From NCBI RefSeq assembly GCF_016433145.1, contig NC_058132.1, forward strand, positions 598,380,339-598,444,338: DNA of 64,000 nucleotides, written 5' to 3'. The notes under the pieces were generated by a model. That model saw only the letters and a program-made list of their open reading frames with translations, was not told where the DNA came from and made no database searches. How positions within the stretch are numbered: position 1 is the first letter of the stretch; each line of letters starts with the position of its first letter. Position numbers and translations under genes: made by a program. This DNA is from Gracilinanus agilis (Eukaryota). Shown here in pieces: positions 25,405 through 37,809 of this stretch.

Positions 25405-25729
25405 GTAGTACCCAACACATAAAAAGGGTTTAATAAATGGTTTTTGATTAAATATCTACTTGAAGAGCCTCAGTCTCCTCATCTGTAAAATAACCAGAAG
25501 CTTGAACCTAATGGCTACTAAGGACCCCTTCCAGCTCTAAATCTATGGCTCTGATGGCTGCCAGTTTCCTAAGTTCCAGTCTAAATATTCCAGTTACAAA
25601 AGCCCTTCTACTGCAGTTACACCTCTGTCACAGATACAACCATGCCCCAACTCTACCCTCACCACCTACCACCCCCTTCAAGTGGGAAAGAGGGGCACAG
25701 GTTTCCTCTTTGGGGATGCAGCCTCTCAG

Positions 25730-26620
25730 CTCAGCGTGGCAGCCTCATTCAGGCACTCGGCTAATTCGGGGGCTGCGGCACGGGGGTGAGGTTTGGGGAG
25801 CCAGGCACTTTATAAATTGTGATCATTAATAATAAATAACGCGTCGTGGGAAACCTGCATTGCGGTGATGAGAATTATAGCATGCGGAAGGGATGGCGGG
25901 CGGGAGGGAAGTTAGTGGGAGGAGGACAGACCGGGGTGGGTGAACCGCGGGCTGGTGGGGAGGGTGGCAGGATTTGGGAGGAAGGGCCAGATAAAATTGT
26001 TATTGACTTAAGGAAGGGGCGGGGGAGGTGGAGGAGACCACCATGAAACTCCTGAGGAGCTGGGGTGTAGGGAGGGGAGGAAGAGCTGTCTCCCAAGCAA
26101 AGGGGGCTGTGATGATTTCCTCGGGCTGCTCCGCAGTCCTGAGGCACAAGTCCCGAAAAAAGGTCTGACGCCAACAAAATGTAGATTAACTGCGGGAACA
26201 GAGAGCTGGCCAGGGCCTCAGATCAAAGTGGGCCGCTGGGGGAGAGGGCTCTGCTAAACTCTCCAGCGCAGTGGTGGCGGCGGCGGAGGCTGCAGTGGCG
26301 CATTACCATAATGAATTTTGTGAGTAAGCAACTCGCCCGCCCGCCGCCTTGCCATCAAGCCTTTTGATCTGTTAAAAAGGTGTTTACTGTAATCAAGAAA
26401 GTGGGGGGAGCTGGGGTGGGAAAGCAAGAGAAGACTCCTCTGTTTTCTCTTCTGATTAGTTTTAACCCCTTTCCTTGGTTCTAGCAGTGTCTGCCCAGCG
26501 TCTTTTTACTCCGGGTACCCTTAAGGGTTGAGCTAGGAAAGCTTCGGTTTAACTAGATTTGCTGCTACTAGGGATCTCGGGGATCAGGTTGGGGAGTGAG
26601 GGTGGGAGAGTGGGCAGGAA
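25730..26620. promoter_or_regulatory. CpG/GC-rich island: candidate promoter or enhancer
   Basis: Only CpG-dense, TE-free segment in the window; GC box ggggcgggg near 26017, (GGC)n run, G-tracts, TCF site gatcaaag (26221), forkhead site tgtttac (26381). Confidence 0.7.
26250..26323 (+). other. Possible first exon ending in tandem splice donors, with an ATG at 26311
   Basis: ccata ATG AAT TTT|GTGAGT AAGC; overlapping GTGAGT (26320) and GTAAGC (26324); start coordinate is a guess. Confidence 0.3.
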
Positions 26621-27638
26621 GAAGGGAAGAGCTAAACTGAATCTCCTTCAACTTCTAAAAAAAAAAAAACAGCCAACACCACTAAAATATGGCCTCAAAC
26701 CATAGGAAACTACTGATGTCAACTTCAAATGCAATGCAAGAAAAAGAGTTTAAAGGTGTTAGGAGGAAGGGAGATTTGTGGTCTTTTTCTGGAGACTTCT
26801 TGGGCGGTCCCCTGCCTTCTCTCTCCCCCTTTCCTCTTTTCTCCACCGCCTCCCAATAGCTTGGCGTGTTTGTGGCAGATTCAGAAATTCTCTGCGCTCT
26901 CCATGGTCATGGGTCCTGTCCCCTTTCCTCTTTTCCTTATAACTGCAGAGGAATGGATTTCTTTAGGCCTGGCCTTCAAGGAAAAGAGAGGGACCCAAAG
27001 CTAATTGAGGGCCTACGGGTTACCCATTAGGGAGAGGCAGCTACTGGCAGTGCTCTGTTAATTTTACGCAACCCATCGTTTTGTGCAGGCGATGAACATA
27101 ATTAATACCCACTCATTGTTCCAATGCTGGGATCAAGGCAGGGCTTTTGGGTTCTGCTTTGTCTTGGGTGGTTGGGTTTTTTGTTTTTTATTTTTTCTGT
27201 TTGTCACCAGAGCTCCTGGAAGAGCTCAAGGCAATTAATAATAGGTTTCCCCCTAGACTTTCAGAAAGCCTTACTATGTTACACAAATTAGTTTCAGCCC
27301 TTATCTCAGAGAATGCAGTGTGGTGCCAGTGGGTAAAGTAGTGGACTTCGAACCCGGAAATATCTGTGATTCAATCCTATCTCCCATACAGTGTTAACCT
27401 AGAGTTAAGTCACTTAACCTTCCTGAACTGCAGTCTTCTCATCCGTGAAATGGGGATGATATTACCCACCTCAAAGGCCTGATGGGAGGATAAAAAAAAT
27501 ATGCCATATGGGCAGCACTATGTAAACATCAGCTGGCATGACTGCAGTTGGTATTGCCTCTGCACACTAGCAGACTTAAAAAATGATCAGTCTGGGCAGC
27601 AGTGGTTTTCTCATTTCTAGAAGTAATGGAACAGGGAT

Positions 27639-27736
27639 GGGATATGGTAGCAATAGAAATGAGAGGGGCACATGGGCTTAGGCAACAGGGATATGGTAGC
27701 AATAGGAATGAGAGGGGCACATGGGCTCAGGCAACA
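27639..27736. repeat. 49-bp tandem duplication
   Basis: gggatatggtagcaatag(a/g)aatgagaggggcacatgggct(t/c)aggcaaca x2, 2 mismatches. Confidence 0.95.
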
Positions 27737-28789
27737 GATGCACAGTTAATATTAATCATAATAACTCATATCTGTAACACTTGAGTGTAACAAAGCAACT
27801 TTCCTCACAACTCCGTGAAGTGGGCTGTGTTAGTATTATTAAACTCTGGTAAAAAAGCAGAAAAAAGCTCATTGATAAGTCTCTTGCCCCAGGTCAGCCA
27901 GCTGGAAAGAATTAGAAAGGAGCTGGACACAGGTCTTCTGACTCCAAAGCCAGGCCTCCTTCCACTGCAACAGGGATGGTGATATAAAAAAAAAACACAT
28001 TTGTTCTTCCCTTCTGGGCATTTTCAGAAATTGCCAGAATAAACTCGTAAGATGTTTTGTTTTGTTTTTTAAATCACTCTTTAAGAGAAAAAAGAAAAAA
28101 ACACAGAATCCCCTTCCTAGCCTCACAGGACTATCATAAGGCAAATAGTCTAAAATATATACAGGTGTGTATGAACAGGGTTGGGAGAAAATTCCTCAGA
28201 CCACATAGCCACACCTATTGCTTCACAAATAAAATACAAATTCCTCAGCTCAGCTTTTAAAGTTCACCACAATCTGGTTCCAGTCTAGCTTTCCAGGTTT
28301 ATTTCATGTGATTTCCAGGAACAGACATTATTTTTCAGCCAGACTGTGCTATTTGGTGTTATTAGAACTCAATGTAATATCATAGGAACATAAATTTAGA
28401 GCTGGAAAAAAAAAACCTTAGAGCTTTAGTCTAATGCTACCCCACCTCCATTTTTAGCAATGTAAAAAACAAGTCCTAGGGTGACTTGCCCAAGATCACA
28501 TAGAAAATTGGTAGCCGAGCCAGGATTTGAAACTAGCAACATGGTACAAATGAAAAGGGGCTGAATGTGGAGTTGTAGTCTTTCAAGACCCAGCTTGGAT
28601 CCCACCTGCTGCAGATCTTAATGGTTATAGTATTTTCTGACTCCTCAAATTATCATGCCTCTACTCGTCTATTTATATTGTGTAACTCCCAGTAGAATAT
28701 AAGTTCCTTGAGAGCAAAGGCTGTTTTTTGTCTTACCTTTGTATCTTTGAGACCCCACATAATGCTTTGCATGGGGAAGTCACTTATAG

Positions 28790-29270
28790 AATCACAGTTT
28801 CTAAGATGGAAAAGACCTTAGCAGCTAGCTAGTCCAACTCATACCTGACAATGGCTTTCCAATAAACCATCCCTCACAAAAGGGCTTTCAGCCTCTGCTT
28901 GAAGACCTCCAGTGTCAGGGAGCACACTATCTTCCCAGGTGGACTCTTCCACTTATGGACAGCTGCTGTGAAAATTCCTCTCCCTCTTATAATACCTAAA
29001 TTTTCTTCATTGCAACTTCCACTCATTGTTTCTGGTTCTGTCTCTTGAATCCAAACAGAGTCTAATCCCTCTTCCTCAAGATGACCCTTCAAATACTTAA
29101 AAACATTAGTAACTTTCTTCTCTGCCCTCCCCCAACTCCCTGTCACAAATGTACATGGTTTTACTGGCTCCATAACCATAGCACCGTCAATCAATCCTTA
29201 AGCATCCTGGCCACTACCCTCTGAATTCTCTCCAACTTTTCAATGTCCTTCCTAATGTGACTAGCAACTC
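28790..29270 (-). mobile_element. CR1/L3 3' relic
   Basis: cagcctctgcttgaagacctccagtg...ttccactcattgtttctggttctg...cccttcaaatacttaaa; minus ORF contains VFKYLKG...LEVFKQRL. Confidence 0.85.
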
Positions 29271-29340
29271 AAGACTATGCATTTGCCTAAGACTCTCCTC
29301 ATGGGTGCCAATGCTTTAAGCCTACATGAGGGACAGCATA

Positions 29341-29507
29341 GAGAAGAGGAAAGGGGAGGGGAGGGGAGGGGAGGAGAGGAGAGGAGAGGAAGAAGGGAAA
29401 GGAGAGGAGAGGAAGAAGGGAAAGGAGAGGAGAGGAAGAAGGGAAAGGAGAAGAGAGGAGAGGAGAGGAGAGGAGAGGAGAGGAGAGGAGAGGAGAGGAG
29501 AGGAGAG
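29341..29507. repeat. Polypurine (GGAGA)n/(GGGGA)n tract with a 23-bp higher-order unit
   Basis: Pure A/G tract; ggagaggagaggaagaagggaaa x3 at 29378-29446. Confidence 0.95.
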
Positions 29508-29865
29508 CTCTTTATTTGGGCTCTGGCTTTGAAAACTCTCTTTGGCAAGAGATTCCAAGAGGTAGAAAAAGACTTTTGTAAGAAGCCAACATATAGAGGA
29601 GCCAGGGGTATCTCACTGAAAGTGAGAGAGCTCATTTACTGTTTGTACTCCTTGGTGCATGCCAACCTATATAACTTCCCTAACTGCTATTTGTTATCAG
29701 CTGAGATAAATGGATAAATTCAATATCTATTATTGTGATGATCTATAACTGGTATTTTGTGGAAGGGGACTCAAGCCCCTAGATGCAGCCTAGGACAATC
29801 TATCTCTGTTAAAAGATAGGGATCAGGAAATGTGGCTTAAGTGTAAAAAACATTTTCCCCTAGAG

Positions 29866-30070
29866 CAGTGATGGGAAAACTACAGCCCACAGGCCAGATG
29901 TGGGCCCCCTGAAATGTTCTATCCTGATGCCTGACATTATTCCTAATCTGATGAATACAATGAGTAGGACACAATACAATGAAACTTTGAAAGAGTTGCC
30001 TTAGAAACAGACTGACAGATGAGCATTTCCTTTCCTTTGGCCCCCTCTTTAAAAAGTTTGCCCATCACTG
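29866..30070. mobile_element. hAT MITE (family CAGTGATGGGCAAACT), 205 bp
   Basis: TIRs cagtgatgggaaaact / agtttgcccatcactg; TSD ccctagag/ccctagac; homologous to 59182-59370. Confidence 0.93.
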
Positions 30071-32248
30071 CCCTAGACTAACAATATTTTTTGGAGAGGG
30101 AGATAAAAATATTTCTAGTTCAGTTTTACTCTCTTAGGAGAGCAGAATATCCAGCCTTATGGCTCCCATCTCCTGCCCTTCTCCTAATGAGAGTCAATCT
30201 CATTTGCAGATGAGTAGAAGATTCCAGAAGTAATTATTAATAATTCCCTGCATTCAGACAAACCCATGTGGACAAATGTATAATCTATGTAAGTAACAAG
30301 CACACCTTAAACTAGGGTTGTCCAGAGCTATATACTATGTTTCAGAAGTGGTCTGACCAGAGTAAACTATAACAAAGCTATCACTTCCTTATTCTTCAAA
30401 GCTACATAAGTTTAACAAATTGCTTGTTGGATTGGACTGGACTGAATTGGATTGGATGTTGGACTGCATCCAAGACCCATAGCTGGGAAAAGTCAGAAAA
30501 AAATTTCTCATAAAAATCAAAGTCTTAATAATTTTCTTCAATGCAATGCTTCATAATTTATGATGTTCTTTCTTTGCATCATCCTCTTGAGGTAGCTAAT
30601 ACATGTAATATTACCACCATTTTATAGATGGAGAAACTAAGGCTTCTGGAAGCTAAATGATTTGCCCTAACAAGTAAGGATTAAGGGCAACACTCAATTC
30701 CCATGTATGCTAAGTTCAGGTCTCATGTATTTTCCTCTTATGTTACACTTCTTGTCATGGAAACCCATTCCATAGGCTTCTTCTTTCCTGATGAAATCTC
30801 AACAATCCCTTTCAGAAAAGCGGTTACTTTGAAGCTCTTAAGTGATATTTAATCACAACAGTTTAACCTGTTTCACAATTACTCCTCCATTTCTATATAA
30901 ACCCTGACAAAGTCTATAGGACTCTCAAGGAAAGTACGGGCAAGCAAAGGGAGAAGTCATTTTTCTCTAGCCAAGAATCTGGAGAATTTTTCTTTTCTTA
31001 ATAGAATCATATGAAGTTTAAAAAAATTACAAACTCCTCCAAGATGATTTTTATCTCCTAAATTAAAACCACCATAGAAGGAGAGCCCACAAAGTGGGCA
31101 AAGAGCCTGATTTAGGGGGGTGGCTTCCATATCATTAAATTCATATGCTTTTAATTTGAAAGCAAAGCTTATTCTTGAAAGGAAATAAGCAGGACCTAAA
31201 AGAATTCAACATATAAAAATATGCATTCTGGGGTTTGCATTTAATAGCTGGGTGTTGCCTGATTTTATTAGACTGACCAGCTCAAATCTGGCAGTAGTTT
31301 AAAGTCCATAGGGGGTAAATGGAGGGAATAGGCATGTGCATAGGGAATGTATTTGAAAGACTGCTTAGTTTACACACATCTTTGTGAAACTGTGATATCA
31401 CTGATATGTATACTCCCTCTAAAGGTGTAAATCACAAGCAACCTATGCCTTTTCATAATGTTTGACTTTCATGCATGATCACCAAAAAAATCCTTTTTTG
31501 GGGTGGGGAGTCCACACAACATTCTAGAGACCTTCCTTTAGATCTCTTGATTTTGAACTTCAATAACTGGAGTACATAGGCAATTGTCTGTCAGCTACCC
31601 TTTACTCTATGTACATGATCAAATCTACCTTCTTTTCTAGTCTACATCTATCCAATGACACACATTATTTAATTTTGAATCACAATTCTACATTAGTTTA
31701 ATTGGTTTTTATGAAGTGAATAGTCTGCATCAGGCTTTGGCCCAGATTCTGGGGATAGAAATACAAAAAATAAAAAAATACATATCCCATACCTAAAAGG
31801 GTTTATGATCTACTTTCAGTCTAGAAACATTCTGTGTCACAGTTCTGGGTTATAGGTCCAGAGTCGAGTGGAGTGCTTGTGATCAGTCACAAAGGGAGCA
31901 GGGGCTCTAGTCACAGTTCCATGGCAAAAAAGAGTACTAGGGCTTATAGTTTCAGGAGAACAGGAACCTAGTTATAGTCCTAGGGCTAAGAGGAGGACTA
32001 GTACTTTCAACTACAGGGGAGCAGAAGCCCTTCCTGGGTAAAGACCAGAGTATAGACCAGGAGAGCAGTGAAGCTATCTTTCCCCAGGTCATACCACTTT
32101 GGAGGGAGTAAAAACTTGCAGATCTCCAGAACTAGCTCTGAAAACAGTAGCATGAAAAAAGTCTGAGGTTTGGGACAGTGCTTTCCCATCTCTAGATGAA
32201 CAGAACTCAATTTTGACATAAAATTCAAAGTCAAGAAATGGTTTAAGA

Positions 32249-32432
32249 CAGTGATGGGCAAACTATTCCCCGTAGGCCAGATCCAGGCCATAGTTTGCCC
32301 ATCACTGCCTTAAGCAATTCTCCAATAGATTGATCTGGATGTGGAGGTGTAGTGATTAGGGATTTGCTTAAGGCAGTGATGGGAAAACTAAGTCCTGCAT
32401 CTGGCCCACAGGGAATAGTTTGCCCATCACTG
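32249..32432. mobile_element. Composite of two inverted 59-bp hAT mini-MITEs around a 66-bp spacer
   Basis: Units 32249-32307 and 32374-32432, each with 16-17-bp TIRs; exact outer TSD gtttaaga (32241-32248, 32433-32440). Confidence 0.9.
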
Positions 32433-32917
32433 GTTTAAGAGAATGAGCAAACAATAAAAAATACCTTCATCATAAAAAAATTACTATCGTGGCAGGGAAC
32501 ACTAGACAAAAGCATGAAAACACTTATAAGCAGTCAAAGAAAGGTACTAATTGGAACCAAGCCAAACAAAAATTCCTAGAAGAGCTAAAGAGATGAGAGT
32601 AGTAGAGGAAAAACTTGAAAAGAAATGAGAGCCATGTAAGAAAACTATGGACAGAGGATTAACAGTTTGATAAAAGAGGCACACACACAAAAAATAATGA
32701 AGAAAATACCTCAAAAATTAGAAGGTGACTAATGGTAAAAGAGGAATAAAAATTCATTGATGAAAAGAATCTCTTTAGAAGCAGAATAGGCTAAATGGAA
32801 ATGAAGTTTTCAAATTCAATGAAGAAAAGAATTTCTTAAAAAGCAAAATTGGCCTAATGGAAAAAAGGTGATATTAAAGCTCACTGAAGAACATAGTATA
32901 TTAAAAATTAGAATCAA

Positions 32918-33096
32918 GGGGGCAGCTGGGTAGCTCAGTGGATTGAGAGTCAGGCCTAGAGATGGGAGGTCCTAGGTTCAAATCTGGCCTCAGACACTTC
33001 CCAGCTGTGTGACCCTGTTCAAGTCACTTGACCTCCATTGCCCATCCTTACCACTCTTCCACCTAGGAGCCAATACACAGAAGTTAAGGGTTTAAA
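32918..33096 (+). mobile_element. Young SINE1_Mdo-type SINE (short-tail variant) inside L1 ORF1
   Basis: TSD aaaattagaatcaa on both sides. Confidence 0.95.
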
Positions 33097-33367
33097 AAAA
33101 TTAGAATCAAACAAGTAGAAGCTAATGACTCTATGAGACATTAAGAAAAAATAAAATGAAAAAATTGAAGAAAATATGAAATATCTCATCAGAAAAACAA
33201 CTGATCTGGAAAATAGATCAAGGAGAGTTCATTGACAAATTATTAGATTCCCTGAAAGCCTTGATGAAAGAAAAAAAACATAGGTATGATATTTCAAGAA
33301 ATTATAAAGGAAAATTGACCCAATATTTTAGATCCAGATAGTAAAATTGATATTGAAAGATTCCACT

Positions 33368-33590
33368 GGGAGCAACTAGGTGGCTCCATGGATTGAGGGC
33401 CAGGCTCAGAGATGGAAGATACTCCGTTCAAATGTGGCCTCAGACACTTCCTAACCATGTGACCCTGGGCAAGTCACTTAATATCCATTGTGTTGCCCTT
33501 ACTACTCTTCTACCTTGGAGCCAAGTACAGAGTTCAAGGAATGGAGTATTGATTTTAAGATGAAAGGTAAGTGTTTTTTTTTTTAAGAGA
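33368..33590 (+). mobile_element. SINE1_Mdo-type SINE inside L1 ORF1
   Basis: Full head and tail; the L1 resumes after it. Confidence 0.9.
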
Positions 33591-36449
33591 ATCCATTGAT
33601 CACTTGAAAGAGATGCCCCAAATGGAAACTTTATAGCCAAATTTCAGAGCTCCTGGGCCAAGATAAAATATCGCAAGCAGCCAGAAAGAAGCAATTGAAA
33701 TATCATGGAGCAACAGTCAGGATCACACAATATTTATCTGCTCCCATATTAAAGGAATGTAGCACTTAGATATTCTGGAAGGCAAGGGAGCTAGAATTAC
33801 AACCAAAAATAGTTTGCCTAGCAAAGTTAGTAAAATCCTTTAAGGAGAACAGAGATATTTAATGAAATGGAGGACTTTCAACCTTTTCAATGAAAAGACT
33901 AAAGTTGAACAGAAAATTTTAATTTCAAATACAAGACTCAAGAAACATAAAAAGGTAAACATGAAAGAGTAATCATAGAGGACTCTTTACAAGTAAACTC
34001 TTTATATTTCTATATGGGAAGATGATACATGTAGCTTCTAATAATTTAATTGTTATTAGGGTAGTTAAAAGCAGTATACATAGAGGGCATGGGTATGAAT
34101 TGATTATGTTGAGATGATTTTTAAAAAAGTGAAGGGGCGATAAAGAAAGGAGGCATTGGAAGAAGGGAGAAGGAAGAGACAGAATGAAGAAAATTTTTTC
34201 ACATAAAAGAGTCATGTGAGTAAGAACTTTTATAATGGAGGGGGAAATGAGAAGAAGGTATCAGGCAATGCTTGAACCTTACTCTCATCAGTATTGATTC
34301 AAATAGGGAAGAATATATACACTATTATTTATATGATAAATAGAAGAAAATAGGATGAAGGTAAATATACATTTAGTAAGTATAACTTTGAATGGGAATG
34401 GGAAGTATTCATCTATAAAATGGAAGCAGATAGAAGATGGCTTAGAAACCAGAATCCAAAAATATATTGTATTTAAGGACACAGTTGAAATAGAAAGATA
34501 CATTTAGTTAATAAAGGACTAGAACAGAATCTCTTATACTTTAGCTGAAGTTAAAAAGGCAGTAAGAACAATCATGATTATAAACAAAGCAAAAGCAAAA
34601 AAAGACCAAATTAAGAGATAATCAGGAAAGCTATATTTTGAGAAAAGATATGTAGAAAATGAAGAAAAAAAAATTTACAGCAAGTTTTTCTAATAATGAT
34701 TTTTTGTCAAATACATTGAGAACTGAGTCAAGTTTGTAAAAATGGGAACCATGCTGCAATTCATAAATGGTCAAAATATATGAACAGGCAATTTCCAAAA
34801 GAAAAAAATCAAAGATATTTATAATTATATAAAAATGCTCTAAATCATTATAGACTAGAGAAATACAAATTAAAACAATTCTGAGGTACTATTCCACACT
34901 AACAGAAATGACAAATACTGTAGAGGAAAAGGGAAAATAGATACACTAATAAACTGATGGTGAGTATGAACTATTTCCATCATTCTGGAGAAAAATTTGG
35001 AAATATACCCAAAGGACCATAAAACCCTTTGGGGGGAATTTTTGGGATAATATCATCACTAGGTTCATGGTCCAAAGAGATCAAAGAAAAAGGGGAAGGA
35101 TCCATGTGTACAAAAATATTCATGAGTTTTTTTTTGAGGTGGCAAAGAATTAAAAGTTGAGGAGATACTCATCAATTGGGAAATAGCTGAACAAGTTGTG
35201 GTATATGATCATGCTGGGGTATTATCGTGCTCTGGGAAATGACAATGGAGAATGGTTTGAGGAAATAAAAAACATAGCAAGACCTATATGAATTGATGCA
35301 AAATAAAATGAGAAGAACCAGGAGATCATCATACACAGTAACAACAATGTTATAATGATGATCAACTGTGAAAGACATGGATACTCTGATCAATACAGTG
35401 AACCAAGACAGTTCCAAAGGACTCATGATAGAAACATGCTAACCACCTCCAGAAAGAAAGAAATGAAGTCTGAATGCAAACTGAAGTATAATTTTCTCAC
35501 TTTATTATTATAATTTTTTTACAATATGGCTAATGTGGAAATACATTTTGCATGATCTCATATGTATAACTGATATCAATTTGCTTGCCTTTTCAGTGAG
35601 TGGGAAGAAGAGTGGGAGGGAGGGAGAGAATATAGAACTCAATTTAAAAAGAAAAGAATGTAAAAATAAATAAATTGCGAATTAAAAAATAAAAATGGTA
35701 ATCATTTTTTTAAAAGTTTACAGTCTATTGAGGGAAGAGGGAAGGTAGAAGGGAAAGGGGAAACAATGTGCATGCAGATGAGTAAATACAAAATACATAC
35801 AAAACAAAATAAATTAGAGGTAGCTAGGTAGAGAATTGAGCACTGAACCTGGAGTCAGGAAGAGGTTTAAATGTGACTCGCATACTTACCAGTTGAGTGA
35901 CCCTAAGCAAGCCACTTAGTCACTGCCTTCCTTAATTTCCTCATATGCAAAATAGGAATAATAATGGTCCCCATCTCCCAGAGTTGTGAGTCTAGTGAAA
36001 TATTTGTAAAGTGCTTTGCAAGCCTGTAAATAATAACAACTCTTTAAATTGCTAGCTATAAAATCATTATTCTTATTAATAATAATATTTGAGTAAAGTT
36101 AAGCATTAACAGTTTGGGGATCAGTAAAGGTCTTATGTAGTTAATGATATATAAGTTGAATGTTGGAGGGAGCTAGGGATTCCAGTAAGGAAAGTGAGAA
36201 AATAGGAAATGCTACATTTTGGAAAGGGAACCAAAATATGGCCAGTTTTAGTGTGACTAATATATGAAATTAGAGTGGAAATAGGGTATGAAACATATTG
36301 TGAAGGGCAGTGAATGAGAAACAGAAGACTTTTATTAATCTTAAAGGAAATAGGGAACTATTGAAGCTTCTAATAATATAATGTAGCTGAATCTCACTCA
36401 CTATGCACCTCTCCTCTCCAATGTCCTTTGAGTGACTCAATTTTGATTA

Positions 36450-36640
36450 TTTTTTTAAATTAATTTATTTGTTATATTAAAATGCCCAGGTAACTTCCTT
36501 TCTCCTTTCCCTCCTCTCATTAGAAAAGTCATCATTTGAAAAAAAGATATATGTATATATAAAACTATGTTTTGCTTATTTCTATATATCGTGTCTTTCT
36601 CTGGAGGTGGATATACACAAGTCAGTCATTCTTCAAACAA
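36450..36640 (-). mobile_element. Old L1 3' end fragment
   Basis: T-rich tail then ctttccctcctctcattagaaaag...gtctttctctggaggtggata. Confidence 0.6.
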
Positions 36641-37809
36641 TCCATATATATCTTTGATTCTTTTGAAAATACAGTGTTCTCTGGCTCTGAGACATATAGC
36701 ATAGAAGAATAATATGTTTGTTTAGAAAGATGAGCCTTTGTTTTGGGGAGGAGCTGGGAGAGAAGGGGATAATATCATTAAAAGCACTATACAATTTTCT
36801 GTATGCAATTCATCTTGACTTTCATCTTCCTGTTCAATTGTGTACTCAACTCACTGCCCATCCACTGTATCTCTCCAAGATCTATTAACTGAGTGATGAG
36901 ATCTATATGTAGGTTGTCCTTTCATTTATATATCATAATCTGGACAATTGGCACAGTTAATGTATTAGGCTTTACCTATGCAAATAGTTAGGCCAAACTC
37001 TTTTGACCCAAGATGGATTTCATTTCTGAGGCTAAGCAGTGCCCTGGGGCTTGATGCTATCAGCACTTTGTCATCCACAAACAGAAGCATCTGGAAGCCC
37101 TCAGCATGTCTGGAGAAGTTCTTTTCCCTTTGGACACTGCACTAGCCATCCTCTCTGAAATTAGAAAATAGCTTTGGGGAACATAGTTCTTATTTTATAC
37201 TATATTGGATATTAATAATCAGTGGGGCAACAAACTTACCTCTTATCAAATCTTCTTGTGAATCCTTTAAGCTTTTGTCATGTGCATGAGAAATACTTTA
37301 GTCCTTTAAGATGGCATTTTGTTTTGTGGAATCAAGTGCTGCCTTTTTTTTTTTTTTAGAGTCAGTAAACAAGAACTGTGGAATCATGTTCTCCTTCAGT
37401 TAATCATGTGACTATTATAAGATAATCTGTTATAAAAAAATCTGCCCCATTCTTTTATCTTCATCAATAATGTACTCAATGTTTGAGGAAATATTTTCAT
37501 TATTTTTTTAATACAGGAAATAGGCATTTTGGGTTGGCAACTATTTATATTTTTTGTTTCATTTTCTAAATGAGATCTGTGACTTTTCCCAAAACCTTTA
37601 TTATCGTCCCTTTTTTATCTATCTTTTATAGTCTAAACTGTGAAATTTTCACTGTCATCTATAGAGAAAACTTTATTATAAAAGTTTCTATACTTTCATT
37701 GTTCATCTCTATGTTGTTTTTAAGTTTCATCCTTAAATAATTCTTCCAGATGACTTTGTATGATTGCGTCTCCCTTCAACATTTGTTCAAATTTGTGTTC
37801 CCCTCTACT

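Larger units (their letters stand above)
31850..35690 (+). mobile_element. Degraded L1: 5' UTR, ORF1 (ATG 32443), ORF2 start, large internal deletion, ORF2 C-terminus, 3' UTR
   Basis: ORF1-like sequence to ~33950; endonuclease N-terminus ~34370-34660; jump at ~34664 to aaaatttacagcaagtttttct (C-terminal region); 3' UTR and A tail; 5' boundary approximate. Confidence 0.85.

Noticed and set aside
25730-27100. Possibility that this is the marsupial Rsx locus
   Set aside because: Rsx has a long tandem-repeat array downstream of its promoter; none is present here.
29261-29717. Four overlapping ORFs of 68-146 aa
   Set aside because: They arise from the stop-free GGAGA polypurine microsatellite; the peptides are low complexity.
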